In this document: positions 46,314-56,355 of the stretch, piece by piece
Numbering within the stretch: position 1 is the stretch's first letter
Layout: each line of letters opens with the position of its first letter
Source: a virus
Taxonomy: Duplodnaviria > Caudoviricetes
Virus record (IMG/VR): IMGVR_UViG_3300028809_000012
Coordinates: 942 to 64,941 of that record
DNA length: 64,000 nt
Reading direction: 5' to 3' (one strand)
Program-made: the position numbers and the translations under genes
The notes under the pieces: model-generated
What the model saw: the letters and a program-made list of their open reading frames with translations, nothing else
Database searches by the model: none
What the model was told of the DNA's origin: nothing

Positions 46314-49300
46314 ATGTCGAAGCGTGAGGACGAGGTAACTGGCTGGCTGGACTCGCTGCGGGCCGACGCCGAACGGGCCAGCGCCAACCAGCCGCAACCT
46401 GACACCGCCATTGCACCGCCCCGCAGGCGCAGGCGGCGGCGCAGCGCTCGGCAGTGGCTACAGGATACGTTCTCCCCTGAACCGGCACCGGACCTGCCCG
46501 CTGGTACGGATGTAGGCTCCAGCGCGCTCGTGCGTCAGGGCACCGTCCTCCGTGGTGCGGGCGTGCAGTCTCCTCCTGCCAACTTCCCGCGCCGCTACTT
46601 CGACCCCTACGCGGCGCTACGGGACGCGTCGGAATCGGTTCGGCCCCTGGCTGCCGATGCCACCAGTACGCCACAGAGCCGTCGTCCAGCCCGCGTTCCG
46701 GGCCGTCCCGACCCCGCGACAACGGGTACCATCGGCCCCGATACCCGCAGCCGTACGCAGCGGGCGCTGGACGAAGAGCGTTCCCGTGAGCGGCGCCAGC
46801 TCCAGGAACGACCCGCGGCAATCCGGGCGCTGGACTACGCCGGAGCCGGTGGCGCGCAGACGCTCACGCTGGGGTATCGCGACGAATTGCTGGGGGCGCT
46901 GTCTCCGGTTTCCACGGCGGAGGATTTCCGTGAACGCGAAACGCTCCGCCGGGAGGCCGCAACAGGTGGGGATCGCGCCTCCGGCATCGCGGGGGCCATC
47001 CTCGGCGCTGCCGTGCCGATTGGCGCGCAGAACGCCCTGCTGGCCCGCGGCGCGCGACTCGCTCCGGAGGGCACGGCCACGCGTGCAGCGCTGGAGAGCT
47101 TTGGCACCACCGGCGCACGCACTCGGCTGGGGGACGTGGCCCGCGGCGTGGCGGAGGGCCTGCCGTATGATCTGGCGTACGATTACGAGGACGGGGAGAG
47201 CCGCGGCGCCAACCTCGCCATCGGTGCGCTGGCCGGTGGTGTCGCGGGTGGCCTGCTGCGCCCCGGCGGTGGCCGTGCGGTTGCATCGGAAGAGCCTTTC
47301 GTTCGTCCGTCATCGCGGCGTGTCCGGCGGGGAGAGGGCATGGCGGATCTCGCGGCGGATCGAATGGACGAGATCGTGCGCCCGCGCCCCGGCCGGGAGA
47401 GCGGGTTCCTTGCGGCTGACCTGAACATCGACAGGACGCAGGAAGGCGCTGAGGTGGTGCCCACGTGGCTGCGTCAATTGGAAGCGGACGCAGCGAGGCG
47501 ACGTGCGCCGGAGGCGTCCGCTGGTGTAACGGCTCCTGCTGCGAGGGGCGGGGGTGATGAGGTTGATCTTGACGCGTGGGCGCGCGCGCTCCCGGAAGGC
47601 ACTCCCGTTCCTGGCGTGGCCCCAGCCGCGCGGAACGAATTGCCCGCCACAGCCGCAACGTCACCCGTGCCCGACGTGGCGCCTGCGCCTGCCGGGCAGA
47701 TCGACCAAGCAGCGGAGGACGCATACCGTGCCCGACGCGCCGACATCAACGGTCAGGTGCGTGCCGGAACGCTATCCCGTGAGGATGCCGACAAGCGGCT
47801 GAAGGCACTGGGCATGCGCCGCGCCGCCGAACGTCGCCGCGAGACGGGACAACTCACCGACCGGGAGCGCGCGGCCGAGGCCCGCCGCGAGGCCAGCAAC
47901 TACACCGGCAAGCGGGTGGTCGTTCAGACGGAGGACGGACCTGTGAACGGCGCGGTGATTGGCAACACTTTCGGCCGCGTGCGCGTACAGATGGAAGACG
48001 GCTCTGTCATCTCCGCGATGCCGGACGCCGTGTCCCCAGCCAACGCTGGCGCCGCCACGCCCGACCTGCTGAACCTCGTCGCCCGCACCGGAACGGGGGC
48101 GGTTGTCGGCGGCGCGGCAGGCGGGGCGCTAGATTCGGAGAATCCCACCCGTGGCGCCGCGGTGGGAGCACTGGCCGGGGCTGGACTCGGCGCCGCGTCC
48201 ATGCGCGGCGCCATCAACGCGGACGCGAATTTTGCCGCGCGCAGACGTGCCGGGCTGGAGCTGGCGGGAGACCTGCGAAACCGTCCACGCACCGAAGCCG
48301 GTTTCGTCCGCACGAACACGGATGAGATGGCGACGGCGACCCCGGCGACCACGCAGCGCAATCGTACCGGGTTCCCGCTGGCGCTGGGGCCGGATCGTCA
48401 GGTGGACCCACTGCGTCTGCCGGACACCGAGGCGCTGATGGACGCTGGCCGTGCCGCCGTGCGCCCGCTTCAGAACCAGTACGGCGCAGTGGGAGATTTG
48501 TCGCGGCTGAAGGGGCAGGCCCCCCCCGTGCCCATCTGGACGGGAAAGCGTCGAGGCTCCGACCCGACCGAGAATCCGGGCGTTTACTATCACGTAGCCC
48601 CGGAGGGGTACCGAGCTGGTGACCCTCTGAAGTCGTTCTTCAGGTTGCGCGAACAGGGGGTTGAGCCCGAATGGAAGTGGGATTTCGACTTCGCGGATGG
48701 AGGGTATGAGGACGGAACCCGCATCGCACTACACGACAATCTCCCAGAGGCCGCCGACTTCCAGAAGGAGTACGGCGGACAACTGCTGCGCGTGGAGATT
48801 CCCGAAAACAGCGGGCTTTTCGGCGGAGTGAATGCAGAGGGATATCCGTACGTCGAAGGGGAAATCCCTGCGGAGTTTATTCACCCGGCGTCCACCGCCT
48901 CGACCGGCGCCGCGGGTGATTTTGAAACGTCGCGCAACGCCTCCGCGCCCAGTCAGGGCGAGCCACAAACGCGTACGCCTCAGTTCAACCGATGGTTCGG
49001 CAACAGCAAGATTGTGGACGATAGCGGAGAACCGTTGGTGGTTTATAAGGGGATGTGGCCGCCGGATCAGCGTCAAGAGCCCATGTCTTCTATCAATCGC
49101 CGCGAATTCGGGGGGTTCCCTGCATACAATGGGGATGAGCCCGACGTAGATATCGCCGGCTTCTTTTCCTCCTCGAAGGATGTAGCCAACCAATTTGCGC
49201 AGGGTGTGAATTCAAGGGGAGGACATGGCCCTTCAGTGTATCCTGTGTACCTGTCCATCCAAAAGCCGTACGTCATCGATGCCAAGGGCAATTACGCGGG

Positions 49301-52300
49301 CGAATACCAATTTGGGCCAGAGGGCAAACCTTTCCGGGATGCCATTAGGAGCGGGAACTACGATGGTGTAGTTATCCGCAACACCGGTGATGAAGGAGAT
49401 GTTTATATCCCCCTCCATCCGGAACAGATCAAATCTGCTATTGGCAACAGTGGGAATTTCGATCCCCGCAATCCCGATATCGCAGGCGCCGCCGACCCTC
49501 GCCTGCTCGGCGCTGTAGCTCGCACCGGAGCCGGGGCGCTGGCAGGGGCGGCCATCGACCGCGAAGACCCCCTGCGTGGCGCTGCAATCGGCGCTGGCGT
49601 GGGAGCGGCGGGGCCTGCGATTGCACGCAGCGTGGCACGGCACGCCGGCAACCGGATCGGTGCCGTGGGGGACATCTCCACCCTGCGCACCAGTGCTGGC
49701 GCCCCACGCTTTTACTCGCGGCTGGAGAACGCGGTGCGGAGCGGCCAGAACGCCGCGCCCGCCTCGCAGTGGCTCCGCTACCTGGATGGCCATCCGGCCG
49801 GCATCGCGAAGGGGGAGCGCGAGTGGACCGGCGTAGACGCATGGCTCCGCGAGCGCGGCAACCAAAAGGTCACGCGCGCGGAGTTGGGGCAGTATCTTGC
49901 GCAGAACCGCGTACGGGTGGGCGAGGTAGGCTACGGCGCAACGCGAGGGAATAGGGCTCGCCTGAAAGAACTGCATGACTCCTATTCGGTAGCGGTGGAG
50001 GCGAGCAAGGGGATCGAGCAGCAGTTGCTTGCCGCATTGCGTGCTACCTCCATCGAGCCGTGGGCGGAAGCCAGCGCCATCAGCGAAATCCGGCAATGGG
50101 GTAGCGCTGCCATCGACGCCAGCGCGCACTTTCGCGACGTGCCTGTCCAGGAGCGCAGCGCGATATACCGATTGATGGATGAGTTCAAAGGCGCAGAGTC
50201 GGTAATCCAGCGGCACGACGAAGTTCTACGAGAAGCGCAGGAAGCTACCAAGGGCCGCTACGCGGGCTACCAAGTCGCCGGAGGTGAGCCGGGGACGTAC
50301 CGCGAAGTGCTGCTGACGCTGGACAACGACCGCCTGCGCTCCGCCCCCGACGACTGGCGAATGGAGCAGGATGGTAGCCTGTGGTCCGTGCGTGACGCCA
50401 ACGGTCGTCGCCTGAGTGCGAACCAGAATCGCGAGGCGGCACTACGGGAGGCACTGGACAAGTTCAACGCGGAGCGGGGCAACTCTATCTATCGCGGTCC
50501 GCATTGGGATGAGCCCAACACGATGGCCCACATCCGCTTGGACGATCGCACCCTGCCCGATGGTGAGCGTGTGCTTTTCATGCAGGAGGCACAGAGCGAC
50601 TGGCATCAGACGGGGCGGGAGCATGGCTATACAAACCAACCCTACAAGGTTGAACAGAACGGGAGCCAATGGTCAGTATTGGCTCCAGACGGTAGTGAGA
50701 TTTCCGCTTATTGGACTCGTGAGGCGGCGGAAAGCGCCGCCATTCGTGAAGTCGAGACGCGAGGTGTCCCCAACGCCCCGTTCAAGAACACGGACGAGTG
50801 GCTGGGCCTCACCCTGAAGCGCGCCGTAGATGAGGCGGTGGAAGGTGGCTACGACCGTGTAGCGTGGAGCACCGGCGACCAGATTTGGAAGGTGGTGTCC
50901 AACGACCCGAAGAATCTGGAGGGGATGCGTGAGTTCTACGACAAGATCATCCCTCGCTGGCTCGCCAAGTACGGGAAGAAGCTCGGCGTGGAGGTGGAAC
51001 CCATCCGTCTGCCGGGGATGGAAAACGAGATGTACCGGACGGAGTGGGTGGGTCCGGAGTTGACCGATAACGTCATGCGCGATATGGCGGAGCGAGCGGA
51101 GCCCTACTATCGCGCGGACATCCTGCACGTGATGAACGCCACCGCCAACCCGCAACAGCGCGCGCACGCACTTGTGCACCTAATGGAAACGGGGTCTGAC
51201 GGGTTTCGCACGGAGATGGAATACCTGCTGGGCTCTAACCCCGTGCAGCGCGTTCTGGACGAGGGGGCAGGCGGGACCAACCTGTCCATCCGCATCACGC
51301 CCGCGCTGCGGGAGACAGTGCAGCGTCAGGGGCAGGCGCTCTACAGCTTCCCCGGCCCCATCCTAGATGCGCTGAAGACGCAGGCCGGGCAGGCGGCGGC
51401 CGGCGCGGGGCTGGGGTTGGCGATGGAGCCGGACCATCCCCTCTACGGGGCGCTGGCGGGGTCCGCCGGTGCGCTGGGGGTGCGTGTAGGCTACCTGCGC
51501 ACGTCCGGGCGCAAGATGCGCAACGCGATCCGCCGTGGCACGGCACGGGTGGCGCTGTCGCAGTTCACGGACGCCCAACTGGAGCAACTGGCCAAGCGCT
51601 ACGAACGGCTGGTGCCCGACGTGGCCGCCACTATGCGTGGCGAGGTGGGAGAGCGTGCCGCCCGCCGCACCCTGACGCCGCAGCAGATCGCGGACCGGGA
51701 CGTGGCGCTGCTGGCGGAGGGGCCGCTGAAGCCCGTACGCCAGCGCGTGACGCGTACGCTCACCGCGCCGGAGCAGTCGGCCATCACCGACGCCTACCGG
51801 TCCGGGAACGAGCACGTACGCCGTCGCATCATTGATGAACTGGAGGCCGCTGCCGACGACGCGAGCCCGGCGGTGGAGCGGGCGTACTCGCGGCTCATCG
51901 GCGGGCTGGAGCTGGAAGGCTTCGATCCGCTGCCGTCCCGCGCCAACCCGGTGCTGGACGCCGGCCGCTACGCCAACCTGTCTTCCTTCGGGCTGGACCC
52001 GACCGGCGAGCGTCGTTTGGCGGACCACGTGCGCCGCATCGCGGAGGCGGAGGGGCTGGACCCCAAGCAGCGCGTCACGTGGGAGGAGACGAAGCAAGTA
52101 GCGCGCGAGCTGGGGATGCAGCCCACGGACGTGTCCGCGCTCGCCAAGTCAACCCGTGGCCTGACGGCGGCGGAACTGCTGGCCGTGCGGAATCAGGTGC
52201 GCGAGAACGTGGAGGGGATCGAGCGATCCTCGCTACGGCTGGCGCAGATGGACGGGCTGGAGACGGCGGAGGCGTCGTTGGAGAGGCAGTTGCTCCGGCA

Positions 52301-52529
52301 GGGGATCGAACAGGCGGAGGCGCAGAACACGCTGCTGCTGTCCCGCTTCATCCGCGAGCGCTCCGACGCCGGCCGCAACCTCAACGCGCTGAAGATCCTC
52401 GCTAACCAGACCATGGACCCGGTGGTGTGGCGGGAACGCGCGGCAGCGGCCCTGAAGGCTCGCGGGCTGGAGTTCCAGGAAGCGGTCCACGGCGCCCGCA
52501 TCCGTGAGATCATCGAATCCTGCGGATGA
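46314..52529 (+). CDS. Giant internal virion/polyvalent protein with ADP-ribosyltransferase-like domains
   Basis: 2071 aa; FNRWFGNSKIVDDSGEPLVVY.G...YPVYLSIQKP...YDGVVIRN...EQIKSAIGNSGNFD; FYSRLE..., QEAQSDWHQ; Gly/Ala TM-like linkers. Confidence 0.75.
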   Translation: MSKREDEVTGWLDSLRADAERASANQPQPDTAIAPPRRRRRRRSARQWLQDTFSPEPAPDLPAGTDVGSSALVRQGTVLRGAGVQSPPANFPRRYFDPYAALRDASESVRPLAADATSTPQSRRPARVPGRPDPATTGTIGPDTRSRTQRALDEERSRERRQLQERPAAIRALDYAGAGGAQTLTLGYRDELLGALSPVSTAEDFRERETLRREAATGGDRASGIAGAILGAAVPIGAQNALLARGARLAPEGTATRAALESFGTTGARTRLGDVARGVAEGLPYDLAYDYEDGESRGANLAIGALAGGVAGGLLRPGGGRAVASEEPFVRPSSRRVRRGEGMADLAADRMDEIVRPRPGRESGFLAADLNIDRTQEGAEVVPTWLRQLEADAARRRAPEASAGVTAPAARGGGDEVDLDAWARALPEGTPVPGVAPAARNELPATAATSPVPDVAPAPAGQIDQAAEDAYRARRADINGQVRAGTLSREDADKRLKALGMRRAAERRRETGQLTDRERAAEARREASNYTGKRVVVQTEDGPVNGAVIGNTFGRVRVQMEDGSVISAMPDAVSPANAGAATPDLLNLVARTGTGAVVGGAAGGALDSENPTRGAAVGALAGAGLGAASMRGAINADANFAARRRAGLELAGDLRNRPRTEAGFVRTNTDEMATATPATTQRNRTGFPLALGPDRQVDPLRLPDTEALMDAGRAAVRPLQNQYGAVGDLSRLKGQAPPVPIWTGKRRGSDPTENPGVYYHVAPEGYRAGDPLKSFFRLREQGVEPEWKWDFDFADGGYEDGTRIALHDNLPEAADFQKEYGGQLLRVEIPENSGLFGGVNAEGYPYVEGEIPAEFIHPASTASTGAAGDFETSRNASAPSQGEPQTRTPQFNRWFGNSKIVDDSGEPLVVYKGMWPPDQRQEPMSSINRREFGGFPAYNGDEPDVDIAGFFSSSKDVANQFAQGVNSRGGHGPSVYPVYLSIQKPYVIDAKGNYAGEYQFGPEGKPFRDAIRSGNYDGVVIRNTGDEGDVYIPLHPEQIKSAIGNSGNFDPRNPDIAGAADPRLLGAVARTGAGALAGAAIDREDPLRGAAIGAGVGAAGPAIARSVARHAGNRIGAVGDISTLRTSAGAPRFYSRLENAVRSGQNAAPASQWLRYLDGHPAGIAKGEREWTGVDAWLRERGNQKVTRAELGQYLAQNRVRVGEVGYGATRGNRARLKELHDSYSVAVEASKGIEQQLLAALRATSIEPWAEASAISEIRQWGSAAIDASAHFRDVPVQERSAIYRLMDEFKGAESVIQRHDEVLREAQEATKGRYAGYQVAGGEPGTYREVLLTLDNDRLRSAPDDWRMEQDGSLWSVRDANGRRLSANQNREAALREALDKFNAERGNSIYRGPHWDEPNTMAHIRLDDRTLPDGERVLFMQEAQSDWHQTGREHGYTNQPYKVEQNGSQWSVLAPDGSEISAYWTREAAESAAIREVETRGVPNAPFKNTDEWLGLTLKRAVDEAVEGGYDRVAWSTGDQIWKVVSNDPKNLEGMREFYDKIIPRWLAKYGKKLGVEVEPIRLPGMENEMYRTEWVGPELTDNVMRDMAERAEPYYRADILHVMNATANPQQRAHALVHLMETGSDGFRTEMEYLLGSNPVQRVLDEGAGGTNLSIRITPALRETVQRQGQALYSFPGPILDALKTQAGQAAAGAGLGLAMEPDHPLYGALAGSAGALGVRVGYLRTSGRKMRNAIRRGTARVALSQFTDAQLEQLAKRYERLVPDVAATMRGEVGERAARRTLTPQQIADRDVALLAEGPLKPVRQRVTRTLTAPEQSAITDAYRSGNEHVRRRIIDELEAAADDASPAVERAYSRLIGGLELEGFDPLPSRANPVLDAGRYANLSSFGLDPTGERRLADHVRRIAEAEGLDPKQRVTWEETKQVARELGMQPTDVSALAKSTRGLTAAELLAVRNQVRENVEGIERSSLRLAQMDGLETAEASLERQLLRQGIEQAEAQNTLLLSRFIRERSDAGRNLNALKILANQTMDPVVWRERAAAALKARGLEFQEAVHGARIREIIESCG

Positions 52530-52685
52530 AATAGCGCAGGCCCTCGCATCCGGTGATCCGGAGGGGGCCTGCCGCCGTAGGGTTGCTAACCCTCTAGCCG
52601 TTCCTGTAACCCCTGCGAAGGGGTGGGGCGATCATTCGGAACGACTCCGACGCCAGCAAGATAACTTCTTCCTTAGCGTAACGCA

Positions 52686-54770
52686 ATGGCGCAGGCAACG
52701 AACTGTCAGTTGGAGATGGCCAACTACGTCTCCGGGCTGGAGAGAAGCACCAACGTCCGCAAGATCACTACCCTGTGGAAGTCGATGCTCCTCGCCAACC
52801 CTGCGTCCCGGCTGGCGGACGTGGTGTCCAACTCCATCATGGCGGGAGCGGAAATCGCCAAGCACCCCATCGCCTCCGGCATCGACCGACTGGCGGCGCG
52901 GCGCACGGGCATCCGTACGCGGATGTTCGACGGCAGCGATCTCGGGCGCGCGTCGTGGGACGCGGTGCAGAAGACGCCGCGGGACGTGAAATTGGCGATG
53001 CAGGGGATCGACACGTTTCAGGGCAACCGCGCACTGGACATGTACCAAGGTGAGACACAGTACGAAACGCCCCTGCTCAACGCCATCACCAAGACGGTGT
53101 TCCGGCTCACGCAGGCCACGGATCGTCCCTTCAAGCGGCTGGCCTTCGAACGGTCCTTGCGCGAGCAGGCGCGACTGCTGGGCGTACGGGAGGGACTGTC
53201 CGGGGTGGAACTGGAAGATTTCATCGCCCGCACCCTGCCCCGGATGCCGGACGACGCCACCATGCGCGCCTATCACGACGCGGACGTGGCGACCTTCGCG
53301 GACAACACGCCCATGGCACGCCTGCTCACCGGCGCCAAGCGCGCCGTGAGCCAGAACAACCCGGTGGGTGAGCTGGCGGCGGACGTAGTGCTCCCCTTCA
53401 CCCGCGTCCCGTCCAACGCCGCGCACCGGGTGGTGGAGTACAGTGGCGCCGGGGTGGCGATGGGGTACGCCAACCTGCGCCGCGCCTTCCGGGCGGCCAC
53501 CAACGGAGACGTAAGCGAGGCCGCCGATCTCCAGCGCTACGCCGTGGACCAGATGGGCCGCGGCTCTGCTGGCGTCGGCGCGCTGATGGTGGGCTGGTGG
53601 TTGTCGGAGCGCGGGATGGTGTCGCTGGGCTATCCTGGCACCGATCAGGGCGAGGCGGGGAGGTGGGAGGCGACGGGGAAGCAAGACTACTCCGTCCGCA
53701 TCGGGGACCGCTGGTGGAGCGTGAAGAAGATGGCGCCCTTCGGCCCACTGCTGGTGGTGGGCGCCTACGCCCAGCAAGCGGCGCAGGCCAAGGAGAACGC
53801 CCAGCGTGACGCTTACCTTGCCACGCGGGCGCAGGGCGGCACGGAACAGGAAGCACAGGAGGCGGCTGCCGCGGCACGCGGGGAGGGTGGGGAGAACATC
53901 GGCGGGCTCGCGAGCGGTCTTGTGGGCGGCATCTTCAACACGATGGCGGACCAGCCTGCGTTCACGGGGGCGCGGCAGATCGAGGAGCTGCGGCGCGACC
54001 CGGCCGGCGGTGGGGCCAAGTGGGTGGAGCGCATGGCCGCCAGCTTCATCCCCCCGGTAATCGCGCGCTGGGCCACGATGGTGGACCCGGTGGTGCGGGA
54101 GACGCGGGACGGCGACAGGCTGGGCTCTATCCTACAGGGCCGCGTGCCTGACGCGATCCAGGCGCGTATTCCCTATGCCTCACGTGGCCTACCCGTGCGG
54201 CGTGACGCGCTGGGCGACGAGGTGCCCAAGGAGGACAGCTTCGCCGGCAACTTCCTCGATCCGTGGAATTCCAAGCTGGACCGCAGCACGCAGGACGAGG
54301 TGCGCCGGGAGCTGGACCGACTGGAAGTGGGAATCACCCGCCTGCGTCCCAATCCCGGCGAGGACCGGGAGGAGTTCTATCGGCGCCGGGAGTCGTTCGG
54401 CACCATGCTGCGTGGCGTCCTCGCGGACGTGGTGACGAGCGACGAGTACCAGTCCATCGCAGAGGCGCGGCGCTGGCAGACGCGGAACATCCCCGGCTCT
54501 ACTCCCCGCGACGTGGAGCGGATGATCCGCAACGAACAGCGCGCGTTCCTGGAGGAAGCCATCAGCGGCGTGCGCAGATACTTTTCCGCCCAGCGCAAGG
54601 CCGGCAACTTCAGCGGGGAATACGCGCTACCGACACCCGAAGAGGCGGAGCTTGCCACGGAACGCGCTCTGTCGCGCCCCGGTCCCTCCGGTGTGTTGCC
54701 GGACGCCGCAGAGCTTGCCAGCGAGATCGAGATGGAAGAGGCGGGCGCCCTCGCCGCGATTGACAACTAA
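52686..54770 (+). CDS. Large virion protein with LPD38-like C-terminal region
   Basis: DRPFK..AF, VLPFTRVPSN, DYSVRIGDRW.S, QARIPY....LPVRRDALG. Confidence 0.65.
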   Translation: MAQATNCQLEMANYVSGLERSTNVRKITTLWKSMLLANPASRLADVVSNSIMAGAEIAKHPIASGIDRLAARRTGIRTRMFDGSDLGRASWDAVQKTPRDVKLAMQGIDTFQGNRALDMYQGETQYETPLLNAITKTVFRLTQATDRPFKRLAFERSLREQARLLGVREGLSGVELEDFIARTLPRMPDDATMRAYHDADVATFADNTPMARLLTGAKRAVSQNNPVGELAADVVLPFTRVPSNAAHRVVEYSGAGVAMGYANLRRAFRAATNGDVSEAADLQRYAVDQMGRGSAGVGALMVGWWLSERGMVSLGYPGTDQGEAGRWEATGKQDYSVRIGDRWWSVKKMAPFGPLLVVGAYAQQAAQAKENAQRDAYLATRAQGGTEQEAQEAAAAARGEGGENIGGLASGLVGGIFNTMADQPAFTGARQIEELRRDPAGGGAKWVERMAASFIPPVIARWATMVDPVVRETRDGDRLGSILQGRVPDAIQARIPYASRGLPVRRDALGDEVPKEDSFAGNFLDPWNSKLDRSTQDEVRRELDRLEVGITRLRPNPGEDREEFYRRRESFGTMLRGVLADVVTSDEYQSIAEARRWQTRNIPGSTPRDVERMIRNEQRAFLEEAISGVRRYFSAQRKAGNFSGEYALPTPEEAELATERALSRPGPSGVLPDAAELASEIEMEEAGALAAIDN

Positions 54771-54837
54771 AAGCCCCTCTTGCGGTTCATGGGGGAGATG
54801 GCTAATCGTACGCAACATCCGTGTGGGGGTGCTCGAT

Positions 54838-54896
54838 GGTGAAACGTACAACAGGCTACGTGGGGATTCCCCACGTAGCCTGTTGTACGTTTCACC
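54838..54896. terminator. 29-bp perfect inverted repeat between convergent units
   Basis: ggtgaaacgtacaacaggctacgtgggga-t-tccccacgtagcctgttgtacgtttcacc. Confidence 0.7.
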
Positions 54897-54900
54897 CCAA

Positions 54901-55146
54901 AGGACGTCTGTTCTGCTCCGGCTCGATTGGAGGCTTAGGTTATCTTCGGCGGCACGGCTCGTTCTTTGTCTACGGATGCCTATGGTAAAGCGACTCGCTA
55001 GAAAATTACGGATAGCTCGGTGCTTACGGCTCGCTCGTTCTCAGCGGGTGACTCCTTTCGCTCGGGCTCGCTGATACCATTCGGGTTGCTCCAGTATCTA
55101 GGCTCGCTCTGTAGCTTCGGGTGATTCTACTGTGGAGCGGCTCGTC
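54901..55146 (-). ncRNA. TIGR-like array D (7 units)
   Basis: Edge repeats at 54919, 54955, 54991, 55027, 55064, 55100, 55138 (period 36,36,36,37,36,38) with alternating loop repeats. Confidence 0.88.
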
Positions 55147-55159
55147 CGTTCTAGCCCCC

Positions 55160-55432
55160 TCAGGTTGGTTCCGCCGGCCCCTTGGTGGTTGGCGAGGTGA
55201 CCGTCATGGGCGAGCAGGTGGCGTTGCAGGTGTTCATGGGCACTGCATCGGTCCCATACCCGCAGGTCTGGTAGTGGCAGGTGTTGTATCCGTCGTCGGT
55301 GTAGTGGTTCGGGCACGTCATGCAGGTGTTCAGCCCCGACGCCGCGTGCACCGTCCCCAGCCCTTCCGGCGCCGCGCCAGCATCCATCGACTCCACCGCC
55401 AGCGCGTCCAGATGTAGCTTGTGTCTCCGCAT
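55160..55432 (-). CDS. RiPP (pinensin-like lanthipeptide) precursor-like peptide
   Basis: Leader KLHLDALAVESMD...GTVHA followed by Cys/Thr-rich core (six TC dipeptides). Confidence 0.65.
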   Translation of the reverse strand: MRRHKLHLDALAVESMDAGAAPEGLGTVHAASGLNTCMTCPNHYTDDGYNTCHYQTCGYGTDAVPMNTCNATCSPMTVTSPTTKGPAEPT

Positions 55433-55467
55433 ATGATTCCCGTATACATGTGATTTCCCGTGGGTGC

Positions 55468-55653
55468 CTACAGCCCAGCCTCTTCTTTCTTGCGCTCGGC
55501 AATGATCCGAACCGCCTCGTTGCGGTAGCGCCGCGCGCGTCCCTGCTGCCTCTGCCGCTTGGACGCCTGACGCGCGGTGGGAGGGTCGATGCCGGCCAGT
55601 GCGCAGGCGGCACGGAAGACGGGGCTGGTCTGCGCGAATTCCTTGTTCGTCAT
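55468..55653 (-). CDS. Small basic phage protein
   Basis: MTNKEFA...FRAACALAGI.PT.RQASK. Confidence 0.55.
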   Translation of the reverse strand: MTNKEFAQTSPVFRAACALAGIDPPTARQASKRQRQQGRARRYRNEAVRIIAERKKEEAGL

Positions 55654-55712
55654 CAATATCTTCGATTCTCCGTCATCGGAGGTTGGTCCCGCGGTGCCAC
55701 CGCGTTGCCGGT

Positions 55713-55946
55713 TTACAACAGGTGCCACAACTCAACGCCCATCTGCTCCATGGTGCCGAACAGGACGGCGCGGGCGGTGTTGGTGTACGCGTAGTAGCGC
55801 GGATGCAGTTTCAGCAACACTATGTTGGTGCCCACGACCACGCCAACATCCTCCCACATAATCTTCAAGAAGTCCGGACGCCCCCTCAACGCGTCCACGA
55901 CCCTCGCCTGAATCTCCCGCTCCAAATCCGCGTTCGCGTCGCTCAT
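55713..55946 (-). CDS. Hypothetical protein
   Basis: GAGG RBS; operon context. Confidence 0.45.
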   Translation of the reverse strand: MSDANADLEREIQARVVDALRGRPDFLKIMWEDVGVVVGTNIVLLKLHPRYYAYTNTARAVLFGTMEQMGVELWHLL

Positions 55947-56260
55947 GATCCCGCCTCTCTGTCCTTGTGTGTGCACCCCACTAACTCGTGTGCAGTTGGG
56001 ATCGCCTTGGCCCCCACCCGTTCGCGCGCCAACGCATACAAACGATCCGCGTCACCGCACCGGAAAGATTCCTGGAATGCGCCGGCAACGGCGTCGTCCA
56101 CAACCACCACCGTGGCTACGTGTCGGATGCTGTCGGTGCTCTTCCACGTTTCGTACTCGTCAATCGACAACAGCAAATCTCCCAACCCTGATGTACAAAT
56201 GTCCAAGAGGCGACGATCCAGCGCCTCCAGAAACTTCTCGTATTTTTCGTCATTCAACAT
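55943..56260 (-). CDS. Hypothetical protein
   Basis: First ORF after promoter at 56318. Confidence 0.5.
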   Translation of the reverse strand: MLNDEKYEKFLEALDRRLLDICTSGLGDLLLSIDEYETWKSTDSIRHVATVVVVDDAVAGAFQESFRCGDADRLYALARERVGAKAIPTAHELVGCTHKDREAGS

Positions 56261-56317
56261 AGTGTATGGCCCTGCTTTCTGAAATGTGATCGTGTCCCAC
56301 CGCCCGGCTTCTTAAGG

Positions 56318-56345
56318 AAGATAATTCAACCATAGCAGAAGTCAA
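56318..56345 (-). promoter_or_regulatory. Promoter TTGACT-N16-TATCTT
   Basis: Faces the operon ending in the RiPP-like gene and array D. Confidence 0.6.
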
Positions 56346-56355
56346 GGACTGCGTT

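Noticed and set aside
52521-52686. T4 gene 60-type ribosomal bypass (GGA followed by stop)
   Set aside because: In-frame GGA codons at 52560 and 52638 are followed by further in-frame stops, so there is no productive landing site
52512-52712. Split intein (ES-CG end; MAQATN-C start)
   Set aside because: Fragments are far too short to form a HINT fold and no intein blocks are visible
55958-55967. 10-nt match (tctgtccttg) to one array B spacer
   Set aside because: The partner spacer does not match the adjacent sequence; a single 10-mer is expected by chance
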